A DNA stretch of 63,983 nt, counting the filler, from Pelomyxa schiedti (Eukaryota; Protista; Evosea), in assembly GCA_020536535.1 (NCBI GenBank). It is 4 parts of 4 records of this genome, joined end to end, with 100 filler letters (N's around TTAATTAATTAA, not from the genome) between each part and the next. Parts side by side here need not be neighbours in the genome. Positions count along the whole stretch, not along the records: positions 1 to 31,895 come from JAHLWZ010000613.1; positions 31,996 to 60,768 come from JAHLWZ010001016.1; 2 more parts are not named here. One strand, 5' to 3'. Shown here piece by piece: positions 23,467 through 35,550 of the stretch; the first letter of the stretch is position 1; each line of letters starts with the position of its first letter. The notes beneath the pieces are model-generated. The model was not told the DNA's origin. It made no database searches and was given only the letters and a program-made list of their open reading frames with translations. Position numbers and translations under genes: made by a program.

Positions 23467-26395
23467 TTACATTGTTTGGTCAGGAGGGAGGTTGTGGAGT
23501 GCCTTTTGGAGGGTAACAAATGTGACACTGAGAGTGGTTTGACCTATTCCTTGAAGGCTGATGTCCTCCACGAGATAGCGGTTGTACGCCGTTATGCTGT
23601 TGGCTGCAAGAAGTGCGGCTTCTGTGATTGTGGGTGTTGGTGCTATGCTTGCGTTGTAGGGCGTTGTTAGGGTGTTGGCTTCTCCGGCTCCTGTTGATGT
23701 TGGTGTTTGCCTTTTGATTCTTTCCACAAGGTGGGTGTTGGCGTGGTATGTGGGCAGGTCAGTGGTGATAGTGCATAGAACCCGGTCAGATTCCGGAGGC
23801 GGGCATAATTCACGGCGTGAAAGTTCTTTGATTCCTGGAAGCTTACCAACAGTTTGGCACCGGGCGGCCATGTTCACCTTGGGGAGAATAAGCACATGAA
23901 TGAGTAAAGATGCCTTACCGCTGCCCCGACGACATCGGGATTGACGAGAGTTTCCGTTTTGAGAAGTCCGTGTAGTGCCACTCCAGTTGAAATTCCAATT
24001 CGAATGGAAAATTCCCAGTCTGGTGCTTCCTGGGCAATGAGGTCTCTTGTCTGTTCTGAAAGTGTAGCAACAGACTCGGCAATTCTCAAGGCTGCCGCAT
24101 ATGCGAGTGCGGGGAGGGGGGTATCTGTTAATTTGGTCTTTTCCACCTTGATAGCGAATAAGTGAGGATTGAATTGACACTGAAATCAGTACCTCTAATT
24201 TAAATCCCCATACAATGAAAATGCCATCTCCTAATCTTTTAACCAGTAAGTTCTGTGAAGCTACCTCAGCAGCTCTTTCAACAGTATCATAAAAAAGCTC
24301 CAGAAGTTTGGCAGCTGTATCCGGTGATACTGACTCACACAAAGGAGTAAAGTCTGGATATTGGGGAGTTAGAAAGTAAGTATAACAAGGGGGCATTACT
24401 TGCAATATCACAGAAGAGGTAACATCCAAGTCTCTTTGATAAAGAGGATTCAAGAATGACAGAGTCGGAAATGTTTTGTCGGGATATAAGCTTGGAGATA
24501 ACAGGAACAAATGCCACCACGATCTGTACTTTCCCTTCAAGCCATTCAAGTTGATCAAGGATCGTTTGTATTTCAGTCAACCATCTGAACACACCAATCC
24601 CAGATGAAAAGTAATTGCCTATCGAGCTTAGGGTGCCGGTTTCTCCCTTCTCATCACCGGGGTGAACTCGTGATGAAAAGGGGTGAGGGCTCTGTACTGC
24701 TCTGCCATCAATGCTTGCGTCACTGATTCGCTTGATCCTTTGTATTACATCAAGGTGTCCTCCGAAGATAAAGGCAGCCAGAGTTCCCGAAAGGAGCACT
24801 GCAAATGAACTACATACAACAATACATATTCTTGTGTGCTTTTGCACGTGATTAAAGGTACTTTGGAAGTATTTAGTATCTGTAAAGTGCGTGAAAACTA
24901 AGCATGAGAGTAAAGGAAAGAAACCGGCGATTACAGTGGACATGGCCTTGAAACCCAATTTAGATTGTATTCCCAGATAAGCCACAGTGTAATTCGCTCG
25001 TTTGAAAGTAATGGCCTCACTAGAGTTCCGTGCAATTGCCGTTTGAAGTAAGGAAGACGAATCTCTGACTTCCCAGAGAGTAGAGTTGGGTGTATAAACG
25101 TCAGTATAAACAGAGTCTCTGTTGTAGAAAGCAGGTTCGCATGTACTGGTAATAAGACAGCCGGTGTAATCCTGTACAAAAACGCAAAGGATGCCGTCGG
25201 AAATGTTGTAGTCGATCAAGGATATAAACTCAGAGGGTGATATCATAGCCATGTGTAATCCAGCAATTTCTGATTTTCCAGGAAGGATCAGACCGGCCTG
25301 CAGCTCTATTAATCGTTGTTGTCCATTTTTTGGGACTCGGATATTGCCCCAATGTAAACTCCCACTTGCCAGAATCTTGGCAGTAGTATCGGTGATTCCA
25401 TTAAGGGGTAGATATGGAATAATTGGTATAAAGTATGGGGAATCCCAGTTTGGTAAAAATGTCTCTCTCAAATACGGCAATACTTGAGAAGAGTAATTTG
25501 AATCGAACCTAGAGATGTAGAGTAAGTCCGAAGTACCAGAATGGAGAAATACGTACCCCCGTTGTATCATCTCCAAGTCGCCAAAGACTGTATTAGCAGT
25601 GATGATGAACATGCCTTCATCCACAAACACACTATAGGAAGTTGCAAATCCACCATGTACAACCAACATAGAAGCACCTTCTCCGGTCTCGTTGACCGCC
25701 AAATCCAGCGGCACAGAAACTGCTCCCGGTGACAATTTCCTTGCAAGCCATCCGTTGCTGTACTTTACAACAATAGCCATCCTATTCTCACAAGAATTGA
25801 GCTTGGTTTCCACAGTTTGCTTTACGTTTCTGGACACCTCAGTCACAGATAGCTCCAAGTAATCCCTCTGCAGAATGTCCAGCCAATGTGTTGTGCTTGT
25901 CCAGATAGTCACAGAAGGTAGTGCAGATGAGATAATTGCTATGGCCAGGGCAATGAAAGATATAGACAGGCACACGTTTAGAACCAACGGCCTATTCCTT
26001 TTCTTATTCCTCATGTCCCTCAAACTGCTGTTTCTACTGGCCGCCAGCGACGCCGGTTCGGTGAAAGTCCTCCCATAATCTCCTGCCGCGGAGTCGCCGC
26101 CGCCGCCACCTCCGAATTCCCCAGCGGGGCCTGGGCCCTTCACAACCAACACATGCGTCGCGGACTCTGACCGCGACGCCACCAACACAACGCTGTCGTC
26201 GTCGTCTTGGCGACGCGCGCTGGTCTCGCCGCCATCTGGTTCTGGTTCTGGTTCTGGTTCACCCCCATCACTGTTTTTTGTTGCGTGATTGGGTGCACCA
26301 CAACCACTCACGGATGTTTTTCTTCTTGGTGATGCGGGGAGTGACACCTGCTTGTCGTCGTCGGGTTGGTTGGGTTCTTGTTGGTCGCTGTGCAT
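23467..26395 (-). CDS. Receptor-type class III nucleotide (adenylyl) cyclase 1: TM - extracellular domain - TM - cyclase
   Basis: YLFCDIANFTPLCE, LVKRLGDGIF, IRIGISTG and PDVVGAAVNMAARCQ; two hydrophobic segments flank about 330 aa. Confidence 0.88.
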
Positions 26396-26528
26396 CGTCG
26401 AAGGCGGTTATGTGTTGGTGAAAGAGCAAGGGTCGGTTACGTGAAGTCAGTATCGAGCACAAATTGTGTTCTTTACTTATCGGGTAATATTACATCCTAG
26501 CTAGGAGATCCACCTGACGGGGCCGGGG

Positions 26529-29357
26529 TCAGCTTAGTTTTACAGTGGTGAGCGTGGGTGATGGGAGTTGCTTGTGGGCGTGGGCCTTTTGTAGAGTCAC
26601 AAAAGTGACACCGAGGGTGGTGTTGCCGATACCCTGCAGAGGCACGTCCTCCACAAGTTGCCGCTTGTAAAGCCCCAGACTGTGCGCCGCCGTCTCGGCA
26701 GCGGCCACGAGCCTGAGTGTGTGTTGGGATAGTGAGCTGGGTGGGTGGCTGTGGAGTTCGGCGAGGTGTGTGTTGGCCTGGAATGTGATCAGGTCGCTGA
26801 CGATGGTGCACAGCACGCGGTCCGCCCCGCCGTCGGGCGAGAGCTCTTGTTTGGATAGCTCTTTGAGCATCGGGAGTTTGCCCGCACTTTGGCACCTCGC
26901 TGCCAGGTTCACCTGCGAAAAAACTGAGTATGAAAGGAATCTTGTTATTCCCTATTTTACATTTTATTACAGAAAGATAACATACGGCAGCACCAACCAC
27001 ATCGGGGTTGATGAGGGTGCTTGTCTTGAGAAGTCCGTGGAGTGCCGGTCCCGTTGTGATCCCGATTCGGAGTGTGAACTGCCAATCAGGTGCCTGTGAC
27101 CCGACGAGGAACCTCGTGTGCTCGGAGAGTTCCTCCACAGATTCCGCGATCCTGAGTGCTGCTGCATATGCAAGTGCCGGAAGTGGTGTGCTGCTCGATT
27201 TGGTTTTCTCAACCTGTAAGCGGTGTCAGTAGCGGGCGTGAAGGACAGGAGGTGGGATTCGTCTCACCTCGAGTTGGAATCCCCAAGCAATGAAGATTCC
27301 ATCACCCAACCTTTTCACAAGCAAATCGTGCTTGGTTGCCTCCGCGTCTCTCTCGATTGTGCTGTAAAACAACTCCAACAGTTTCGCTGCTGTGCCCGGC
27401 GACACTGACTCACAGAGTGGTGTGAAGTCTGTGTGTTTGTGAGTTACATGTGTAACACCAATTAATGAAAGACACACTTTCGATGTCACAGAAAAGGTAA
27501 CATCCCAATCGCCGTGAGAGTGATGACTCAAGGATCGCTGAGTCTGACATGTTCTGTCTACACACGAGCTTGGAGATTACTGGGACAAAGGCAACAACAA
27601 TTTGCACTTTCCCATCAAGCCATTCGAGCTTATCTAGAATAAGTTGAATTTCTGTCAGCGAGGTGAACAGCCTTTTCATGCACGCTGTGATGTTTGTGAA
27701 CTTGGATTTGGTTGCGGTCACTCTATGACCCTCTTCATCAGGGTACACTCGGGCAGAGTAAGTAGGTGGATTTCTAATTTCTCCTGTGCTTTCTTGACTG
27801 ATTTGCCTGATTCTGTTGATGACTTGAAGTTGACCTGCAAAGGTGAAAAAGGAAAGAGCCCCGGCAAGGGTAACTGCAATGACAATGCTTATGACTATAT
27901 ACATTCGTGATCGGGATTTAACATAGATATATGTTTGCTGGAAGAAATGTGTATCTAGAGTTACATGTGAGAAGGAAGTGTATTATATATTGTTATAAAA
28001 AAGCGGTCCTACCAGCAATGACAGTGGCGACTGCCTTGAATCCTGCGTTTGATTGTATTCGGAGGTACGCTACTGTGTAATTGTACCTCTCAAAGAACAT
28101 AACTCTCTCCGCATTCTCATACAGAACAGTTTCGAAGATGTTCGAAGAGTCTCTTACTTCCCACAATGTCGAATTGATTGTGCAAACTTTCGTGACGGTG
28201 GAACTCACTGTTATTGAGGCCAGTTCACATGAACTGCTCACCAAACAGCCGTCATAGTCCTGAATAAATGCACACAACATACCCTCGGTGATACTGTCGT
28301 TGAATAGGTTGAGGAAGTCATTTGGCATGATTCCTGTTGCGATAACACCCACCATCTCCTTTGTACTGGGTAGGACAAGTCCAGCAAAAAGCTCAGCAGT
28401 GACAAAGTTGCTGTTGTGAGGAATGGCCAAAGGGCCCCAATAGAGTGAATCTACCAAGGTATCCAATATTTGATCGGAGAGGCCTGCGTGGTAATAGAAG
28501 GCCGATACTGGACTGTCTATTCTGAAACTCCAAGCGGGGGAATACTCTTCAGGAAGGTAAGGGTATCCTGAAGATGAATAGTTACTTCCATAACTATAGG
28601 AAGATGAGAAGTAAAAAAGAAAGCATTGTACTCACCCTCGCTGAATAAGGAAAACAGAACCAAAATCGCTCTCGGAACTAATGAGGTACATGCCCTCCTC
28701 AATGAAAACAGCCCACGCAGTTGCCCACTGCCCATAGATGTCCAGGGTCAAGGAACCAAACATTGTTTCATTCACGATCAAGTCCAGCGGCGGGTTGCTT
28801 CGGTTCGCAATGCCCAGCTCAGTCATTCTGGTGTCCAGCTTCTTGCCGACCCAGCCAGCCACGCTCAGTTGCTCCTTCTCGCAGTTGTTGAGGTTAGTCT
28901 CAACCGTGGTCTTAATGTTGGTGCATCGCATCGTCATCGCGTCGTTGAGCGACTGGCCCTGCATCTCCTTGAGCCCTTTCAGCGAGGTGGCCCACAGCGT
29001 GAACGACGGCACGAGCGCCGCGAGCACCGCGATCATCAGCGCGATGAACGAGATCGACAGCAGCACCTGCAGCACCACCGGCCGCTTCCTCCTGCTCTTT
29101 CGCCTGCCCTTTCCCGCGCTTTTTCCTCTGCGCATGAGTGAGTCGACCGAGTTGAACGACGTCGTCCTGGACGGCGTCTGGTCCATGAAGAGTTCCTCCT
29201 GCAGCGACGCCGTGTCGTCCGCGTGTCGCGCGGCAATCGCGTCGCTCTCATTGACGCAGAAACCGTCGTTGTCGTACGATGCGGCGGACGTCACTGTCGA
29301 CGACGGGGTCTCGGTGCCTCGCTGAGATCCGTTGTTGTTGTTGGTTGAAGATCTCAT
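26529..29357 (-). CDS. Receptor-type class III adenylyl cyclase 2
   Basis: Same architecture and intron positions as cyclase 1; FCDI, VKRLGDG, RIGITTG and DVVGAAVNLAARCQ. Confidence 0.88.
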
Positions 29358-29639
29358 TGGGGTTGGCTTTTTTTCAACGGTTTTAGGTGCGTTTGCCTCG
29401 ACACTTCAAACCCGGTGTCCCACTTTTCGTTGTATTGTCAATAATAATCGAATCTCCGGTCCAAAATGGACCCGACAGAGCACGTTACTTTCAAGAAGTG
29501 CATTTCCCTTGGGCTAAATATGGTGCCTGACAACAATTCATTTAAATTATGAGGAGTTCTCACATAATGATAAGGTGATACAGCCTGAATTGTGGTATAT
29601 GTACATGTTACTTACATGTTGCTGCTGCCGTTACTGTGG

Positions 29640-31198
29640 TCATACTGAGCTTGTTGGAGGTAGAGAGGGTGGGGCGGAGTAAGATAGTGGCGGGAGTTGC
29701 TTGTGGGCGTGAGCCTGCTGCAGAGTCACAAAAGTGACACCGAGGGTGGTGTTGCCGATACCCTGCAGAGGCACGTCCTCGACGATGTACCGCTTGTAAA
29801 GCCCCAGACTGTGCGCCGCCGTCTGAGCAGCCGCGACGAGGCACAGTGAGTGCTGTGACTGTTCCGCTGATGACGGCGGCTGCGAGCTGTTGTTCTTGTG
29901 GAGTTCGGCGAGGTGCGAGTTGGCTTGGAATGTGACGAGGTCGCTGGCGATGGTGCACAGCACGCGGTCCGCCCCGCCGTCGGGCGACAGCTCTTGCTTC
30001 GAGAGCGATTTGATCATCGGGAGTTTGCCCGCACTTTGGCATCTTGCTGCCAGGTTCACCTGTGAACAAAAAAAAATTAGGAAAAAATGTTTCACGAGTC
30101 ACATGACATTAATATGATATTTACTTTATATTGCATTATTAGGTTAGGGCAGAAGAGGGAGAACATACAGCAGCACCAACCACATCGGGGTTGATGAGGG
30201 TGCTTGTCTTGAGAAGTCCGTGGAGTGCCGGTCCCGTTGTGATCCCGATCCGGAGTGTGAACTGCCAATCAGGTGCCTGTGACCCGACGAGGAACCTCGC
30301 GTGTTCGGAGAGGTTCTCCACAGATTCCGCGATCCTGAGTGCTGCTGTATATGCAAGTGCCGGAAGTGGTGTCGCACTCGATTTGGTTTTCTCAACCTAA
30401 AGCCGGGTCAAACGGAGAAAAGATGGAGAGGAAAAGGGGAAGGGAAGAGGGAGATTATCAAACCTCGAGTTGGAATCCCCAAGCAATGAAGATTCCATCA
30501 CCCAACCTTTTCACGAGCAAATTGTGTTTCGTTGCCTCCGCGTCTCTCTCAACTGTGCTGTAAAACAACTCCAACAGTTTCGCTGCTGTGTCTGGTGACA
30601 CTGACTCACAGAGTGGTGTGAAGTCTGTGTGTTTGTGTGAGTGAAAGCAAGAGAAAAGACTGGAAGAGATACACACTTTCGATGTCACAGAAAAGGTAAC
30701 ATCCCAATCGCCGTGAGAGTGATGACTCAAGGATCGCTGAGTCGGACATCTTTTGCCGGCACACGAGCTTGGAGATGACTGGAACAAATGCAACAACGAT
30801 TTGCACTTTCCCTTCCAGCCACTCGAGTTTGTCCAGGATCACTTGAATCTCTGACAGTGATGTGAATCCGTTCAGCCGGTTCATGCACGAGGCCGGCTTC
30901 GATTTGGAGATCACGGGTTGTTCGGCCTCTTCATCACACGGTGAAACTTTGGATGTGTATGCCTGTGGTCGCCCAGATTCTCCTGTACTCTCTTGACTAA
31001 TTTGCCGGATTCTGTTGATGACTTGGAGCTGACCTCCGAGGGTGAAGATGGAGAGAGCACCGGCGAGGACCACTGCAATGGCAAGGCTGATGATGATATA
31101 CATTTGTGAGTCTGCTTTCACCGAATTATAGGTTTGTTCGAAGTACTTGGTGTCTGGAAGAAGCTTAAATTGTTGTAGATACGGCATTGAGAACATAC
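29640..31198 (-). CDS. Receptor-type class III adenylyl cyclase 3, 5' part lost in the assembly gap
   Basis: The second TM segment and full cyclase domain are present; catalytic exons are nearly identical to cyclase 2. Confidence 0.85.
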
Positions 31199-31298
31199 NN
31201 NNNNNNNNNNNNNNNNNNNNNNNNNNNNNNNNNNNNNNNNNNNNNNNNNNNNNNNNNNNNNNNNNNNNNNNNNNNNNNNNNNNNNNNNNNNNNNNNNN

Positions 31299-31776
31299 CC
31301 ATATTCAAGTACAGCCTTAGCGGTGAGACCCTCGAGGAGGCCGATTCCAAGACCGGAATCAAGTACAACCGCAGCTGGAACCACGTCTACGTGATGCCCA
31401 GCGTGTCTCGCGACCTCGTTGACAACCTCATGAAGGACCTCTACGCTCATGGATTTGCCTTGGGTACCATTCGCCTTTTTTTCCACACCCAAAAGTTCCC
31501 ACCCTAACTCTATCTTAGACTCTGAGAAACCCGTTGAGCCTAAGGCGTGTCCTAGGCGCCACGGCACGCGTCGTGACCTCTAATTGTACCCAAGTTACTA
31601 ATAATGAGAAGAATAAACCAATTGGTTTTCGTCCTACCCTTCGTTCATTTTCATTAAAAAAAAATGAGTTGGGGAAGCAACCACACACAACAATCAACCA
31701 CTCCAACTAAATCTACAACAACAACACTTCTTGGTGCCACGCCTCTCCTCCTGTCAGCACCCCCCTGCAACACTAC
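31299..31776 (+). repeat. Second copy of about 13709-14193 (decarboxylase 3' end, intergenic DNA and start of the F-box gene)
   Basis: Direct alignment from ccatattcaagtacagcc to cctgcaacactac, with a few SNPs and indels. Could be an allelic haplotig or a segmental duplicate. Confidence 0.9.
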
Positions 31777-31895
31777 ACTGTGATTTCGAATCACACCCAG
31801 AGTGGGTTCCAAGCTGTTCCCAAAGGGTGGTCTCAAAATGTGAAAAAACACTACCCAAGTGGAGAAGGTGGAGGTAAAATCACAATGGGCTCGAT
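31776..31895. mobile_element. Possible end of a TA-targeted DNA transposon (Tc1/mariner-like TA|CACTG...)
   Basis: Homology with the 14.19-kb locus ends at a TA followed by CACTGTG; the sequence ends 120 bp later. No second end or transposase is visible. Confidence 0.3.
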
Positions 31896-31995
31896 NNNNN
31901 NNNNNNNNNNNNNNNNNNNNNNNNNNNNNNNNNNNNNNNTTAATTAATTAANNNNNNNNNNNNNNNNNNNNNNNNNNNNNNNNNNNNNNNNNNNN
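31896..31995. other. Artificial contig linker N44-TTAATTAATTAA-N44
   Basis: Six-frame-stop spacer at 31940-31951, identical to the other two linkers. Confidence 0.97.
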
Positions 31996-32549
31996 AGTTT
32001 GACACCAAAGTACCGCGGCGGGCGTTTGGAAACCCCGAACACATTCCCAGACCAAACCCAACTGGGCTGGGAATCCCCGCGGAATACTGGGCGCCAAGGG
32101 GGGTTGTTGGGTGGGGAATCCCCGATCGACCGGGGCTGTCTCGTCTCAGCCCGGCGAAAATCGCCGGGCAAAGGGCGTGGTGGCTGGTCACGTCGTCTGC
32201 AACCCTGTTGCGGGAAATTCCTTGGGCCGAGGCCGGGCCCCGGGAGGGTCTCGTGGCGGGGGCGATAGACTTCGTGTTGTTTATAAAGAGGAACGTCTTT
32301 TTTAAAAAAGATGCTCTTCTAGAAAAGAAAAAGAAACTCTGAAAGGTGGTGACACCATCATCGTCACGCCTTGTTAATCAATCGAAACAAAACGCAGCAC
32401 CTTGTAAGGCCATCGTCTCCATTTCTGGTTTTTCATGAACCGACGCGCAGGCAACTACTGCCATAAAAAAAAACAACTCTGCAACCATTCCCCTGAGACC
32501 ACAAACATAAACGCAACGATTTATTTGGTGGTGGCAGTAGTTCCCTCCT

Positions 32550-33790
32550 GCATGGACTGCGTGGCCTACGGGGAGAGGTTACAGAGAGATCTTATTTAAC
32601 TCAACTGTGTAGTGCACCACATACATTCACGTGGAGATGTTGTTGATTGATGCTTGGATCTACCGATGACCCACCCATAAATGACGATGGTTTACTTACA
32701 ATCACAATCCTGTTTCCTTGATCTCATCATATTTGTAGAGGTGCGTGATGGCAGACCTCATCTTTTGTAGAGAGGGATAATGACTGGAAGAGCAAGAGAT
32801 ATTCTCAGTCAATTGTGTATAACCGGCTAACCACGTAATTTTCTTCACAGAAGCATACAGCTTCAACGATCTGAAGCTCAGGTAAGATCAAGTGACAGTC
32901 CTCCCTATTTTTTTTACAACTTCTCAGTCACGTTGGTGGAAGTGAATATTCACTGCAAGCAAACAGTTCGTTCTGTTTGCCTCAAGAGAGGCCACAATTA
33001 GCAACCATTATTTGCGTATTATCTCTCTGTGTACCTACCTACTTTTTAACAGCTCTGCAGAGGGACAACGACATTCACCATAAATCTAAGAGAGTCTGTG
33101 TGGTATGGAATTTTAACTTAAGAAAGAAAACCTAATTTGTAGATCATTCCCACTGGTTACGAATCAACCCAACAGGATCCCTGTTGAAACTTGCAAAGGC
33201 AGAGTTCAAGTCTTGCAGTGAAAAATTCCAAGTAATTATTATTACTGCAATTTCTCAATGAAGAGATCCTTAGTCTGGAATGCCGATCGAAAAGTATACG
33301 AGGTGAATACTTCTCACTCTGCTTATTTAAATTAAATGCGCTACATAGCTTTCTTTCTCTGGGAGGATAAGTGACATAGCATCGAGGAAGGCATGTGTGC
33401 TGCAATTCATTCTCGATTTCCTTATGTTAGAACTTCCAGCTTGAGCACCCTGACCCCTTCTGTTCCATCTGTTCTGCAATTCTTTCCAAGTCTGTGTTTG
33501 CCCTTGGTTCGTACTTCCATCCCTTCACCAGAATAATTACCCCTTTATGCACGTGCAACCCAAGCATGAGAACAAGCAAGAGAACCTTTACTCTCTTTGT
33601 TCTTTCCCTCTGGAAATTTCACCACCTTGTAGTCCCCACGGTTACTGTGTTCATTGGGAATGCGCCCCCCTCGTTGAGCGACGGTCGCTGTACAAGACAC
33701 CCAACCGAGCTCTCAGAACACTCGGTCCTTCTTGAGAAATTAGCCAATTGTCAGAAGGGTTCCTGTCAGCCCTCTTTCGTCACCAGATAA
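32550..33790 (+). CDS. Probable multi-exon hypothetical gene; model not resolved
   Basis: A series of GT...AG-bounded short introns, with a terminal ORF at 33494-33790 and a CxxC (FCSICS) just upstream. Confidence 0.3.
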
Positions 33791-33851
33791 TGGAATTGTT
33801 GACTCATTTAGAGACAAAAGTGCAAATTGGCATAATCAAAAAATTCGGCGG

Positions 33852-35415
33852 ATGATGAAGAACACAGTGGCCAGTACCGTAAGCAAAAAAACGAAAACAC
33901 TGTCCCCCCCCAAGTTCAAACGCATCGTCGAGCGTCTGCTCTTTTTTTTGTTAAAAAAAATTGAAGCCGGAAGAACTGGCCCAAAAGTACAGGCTCTACT
34001 CCAAGACCTACGATTTTTCTGTATGAACGACTGGCTCTTCTTTTTTTTTTTGTTTGTTTGTTTGTTTGTTTGTGGCACATCAAACACGAAATCATCATTC
34101 ACGGCAAAGTGGAAGTGTGAGTGCATCACGTAGTAATAGTATATTAAGGTTGGAGACCTGGTGCAATGGAAGCCGGGATTGAAGTGCCGGAAAAGACCAG
34201 CCATTGACGAACTAGGCGTCGTGACTGCCATTTTGGATGCACCCGTGTTTGCTACTGACAAGCGCGAAATGTTGTGCAACTGTTATCATCCTCTCACATT
34301 TCATCACACATTGAACTTACTCTACCAGGGATGCAGGCTGTGCTATGTTCAGAGAACCACTTAACTTGTGTGTGGGCGTGATTGACGACGACGGTATCTC
34401 GTTTCCCTTATTTAAACAAGTAATCACACCAAATCCGACATTGAAAGGTGAATTTATGGTTTTTTTTTATGATAGACAACGGTTCATGCCCGCATATAAC
34501 TGTGCATTTGAAACACGTACGACTAATTATTTGTGGCACAGCTTTTCTAGTACTAAACTTGTTTACAGAAATCGGTCAAAGACTACGGCAACTTTGCTTC
34601 GATCTCGTTACTCCACCACCACCAGACGAGCAACTGAAACCAGGACATTTAGTAAAATGGAAACCAACACTCAAAAACAAAAAGAAGCCAGGTATTCCCT
34701 CTCTCCTTCTATTACTTCCTTTTGCCCTTTTGCTTTTAATAGAGCAAGACGAGCTAGCCATTGTTGTCAGCGTTTTGGATACTCCTGTATATGATAACGC
34801 CACGGGTTCAGGTTCCCCCTACTTCATGGAGCCTCTAGACCTCCGGGTAGCAATGCTAGATAACGACGGTGTGTGTACAAACCGGCCAAGAGCCATCCAC
34901 CTCCCTTTGCAGTATTTCAATCAATTCACACCCACCTACATCCTACAGGTGATTGGATGATATTCCACTTTGACAAGCGGAGGTTCGAGAAGATGGTTAT
35001 TCCCCCAACACCCACACAGCAACAACAACAGCAACAGCTTCTCCTATTAGCAACCAATTCACTCACCGCGGCAACGCCGGAATCAACAGCAACCACGTCG
35101 TCCACGTCAGCAACCAACCCCACATCCACATCCACACCCACGGCCACGGCCACAGCCACGGCCACGGCCAATAGCACAAACACGCTCTCATACTCTCAAG
35201 CTTCAACAGCGGATAACAACACCCCCTCATCATCATCATCATCAGAACAGCAACAACAGCAGAAAGACCAAGATGAACCATCACACAACCAACCACAAGG
35301 CACCAATACACTCCCCTCAAACACCAACCCCGTTGGTAGTGATCCAAATGGTCCTCACCCTGATAGTCACCATCATCCACCATCACCATCATTACCATCA
35401 TCAAATGAATCATAA
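33852..35415 (+). CDS. Hypothetical protein with two tandem copies of an about 75-aa beta-rich domain (GxLVxWKPxLK...EPLxLxV...DxDG...F.D..RF) and a Q/T/S-rich tail
   Basis: Repeat 1: VGDLVQWKPGLKCRKRP...MFREPLNLCVGVIDDDGEFMVFFYDRQRF. Repeat 2: PGHLVKWKPTLKNKKKP...YFMEPLDLRVAMLDNDGDWMIFHFDKRRF. The start codon is uncertain. Confidence 0.7.
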
Positions 35416-35550
35416 AACAACACAGCTGGAACAAAAAAAGCTATTCAAACTTGAGTGGGTGTATGTTCCAGTAGTTCTCTTGATGGAGTCAGAGACCCAA
35501 AAAAAAAAACGCTCTTTGTTCCTCCCCCAAACGACGAAATCAATCGATTG

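Noticed and set aside
31776-31830. RAG recombination-signal-like element (CACTGTG heptamer)
   Set aside because: No nonamer at a 12- or 23-bp spacing. Kept only as a possible transposon end.
31896-31995. TTAATTAATTAA palindrome inside N-runs (also 60813-60824 and 62020-62031)
   Set aside because: Artificial six-frame-stop linker. Genes on either side are not biologically adjacent.
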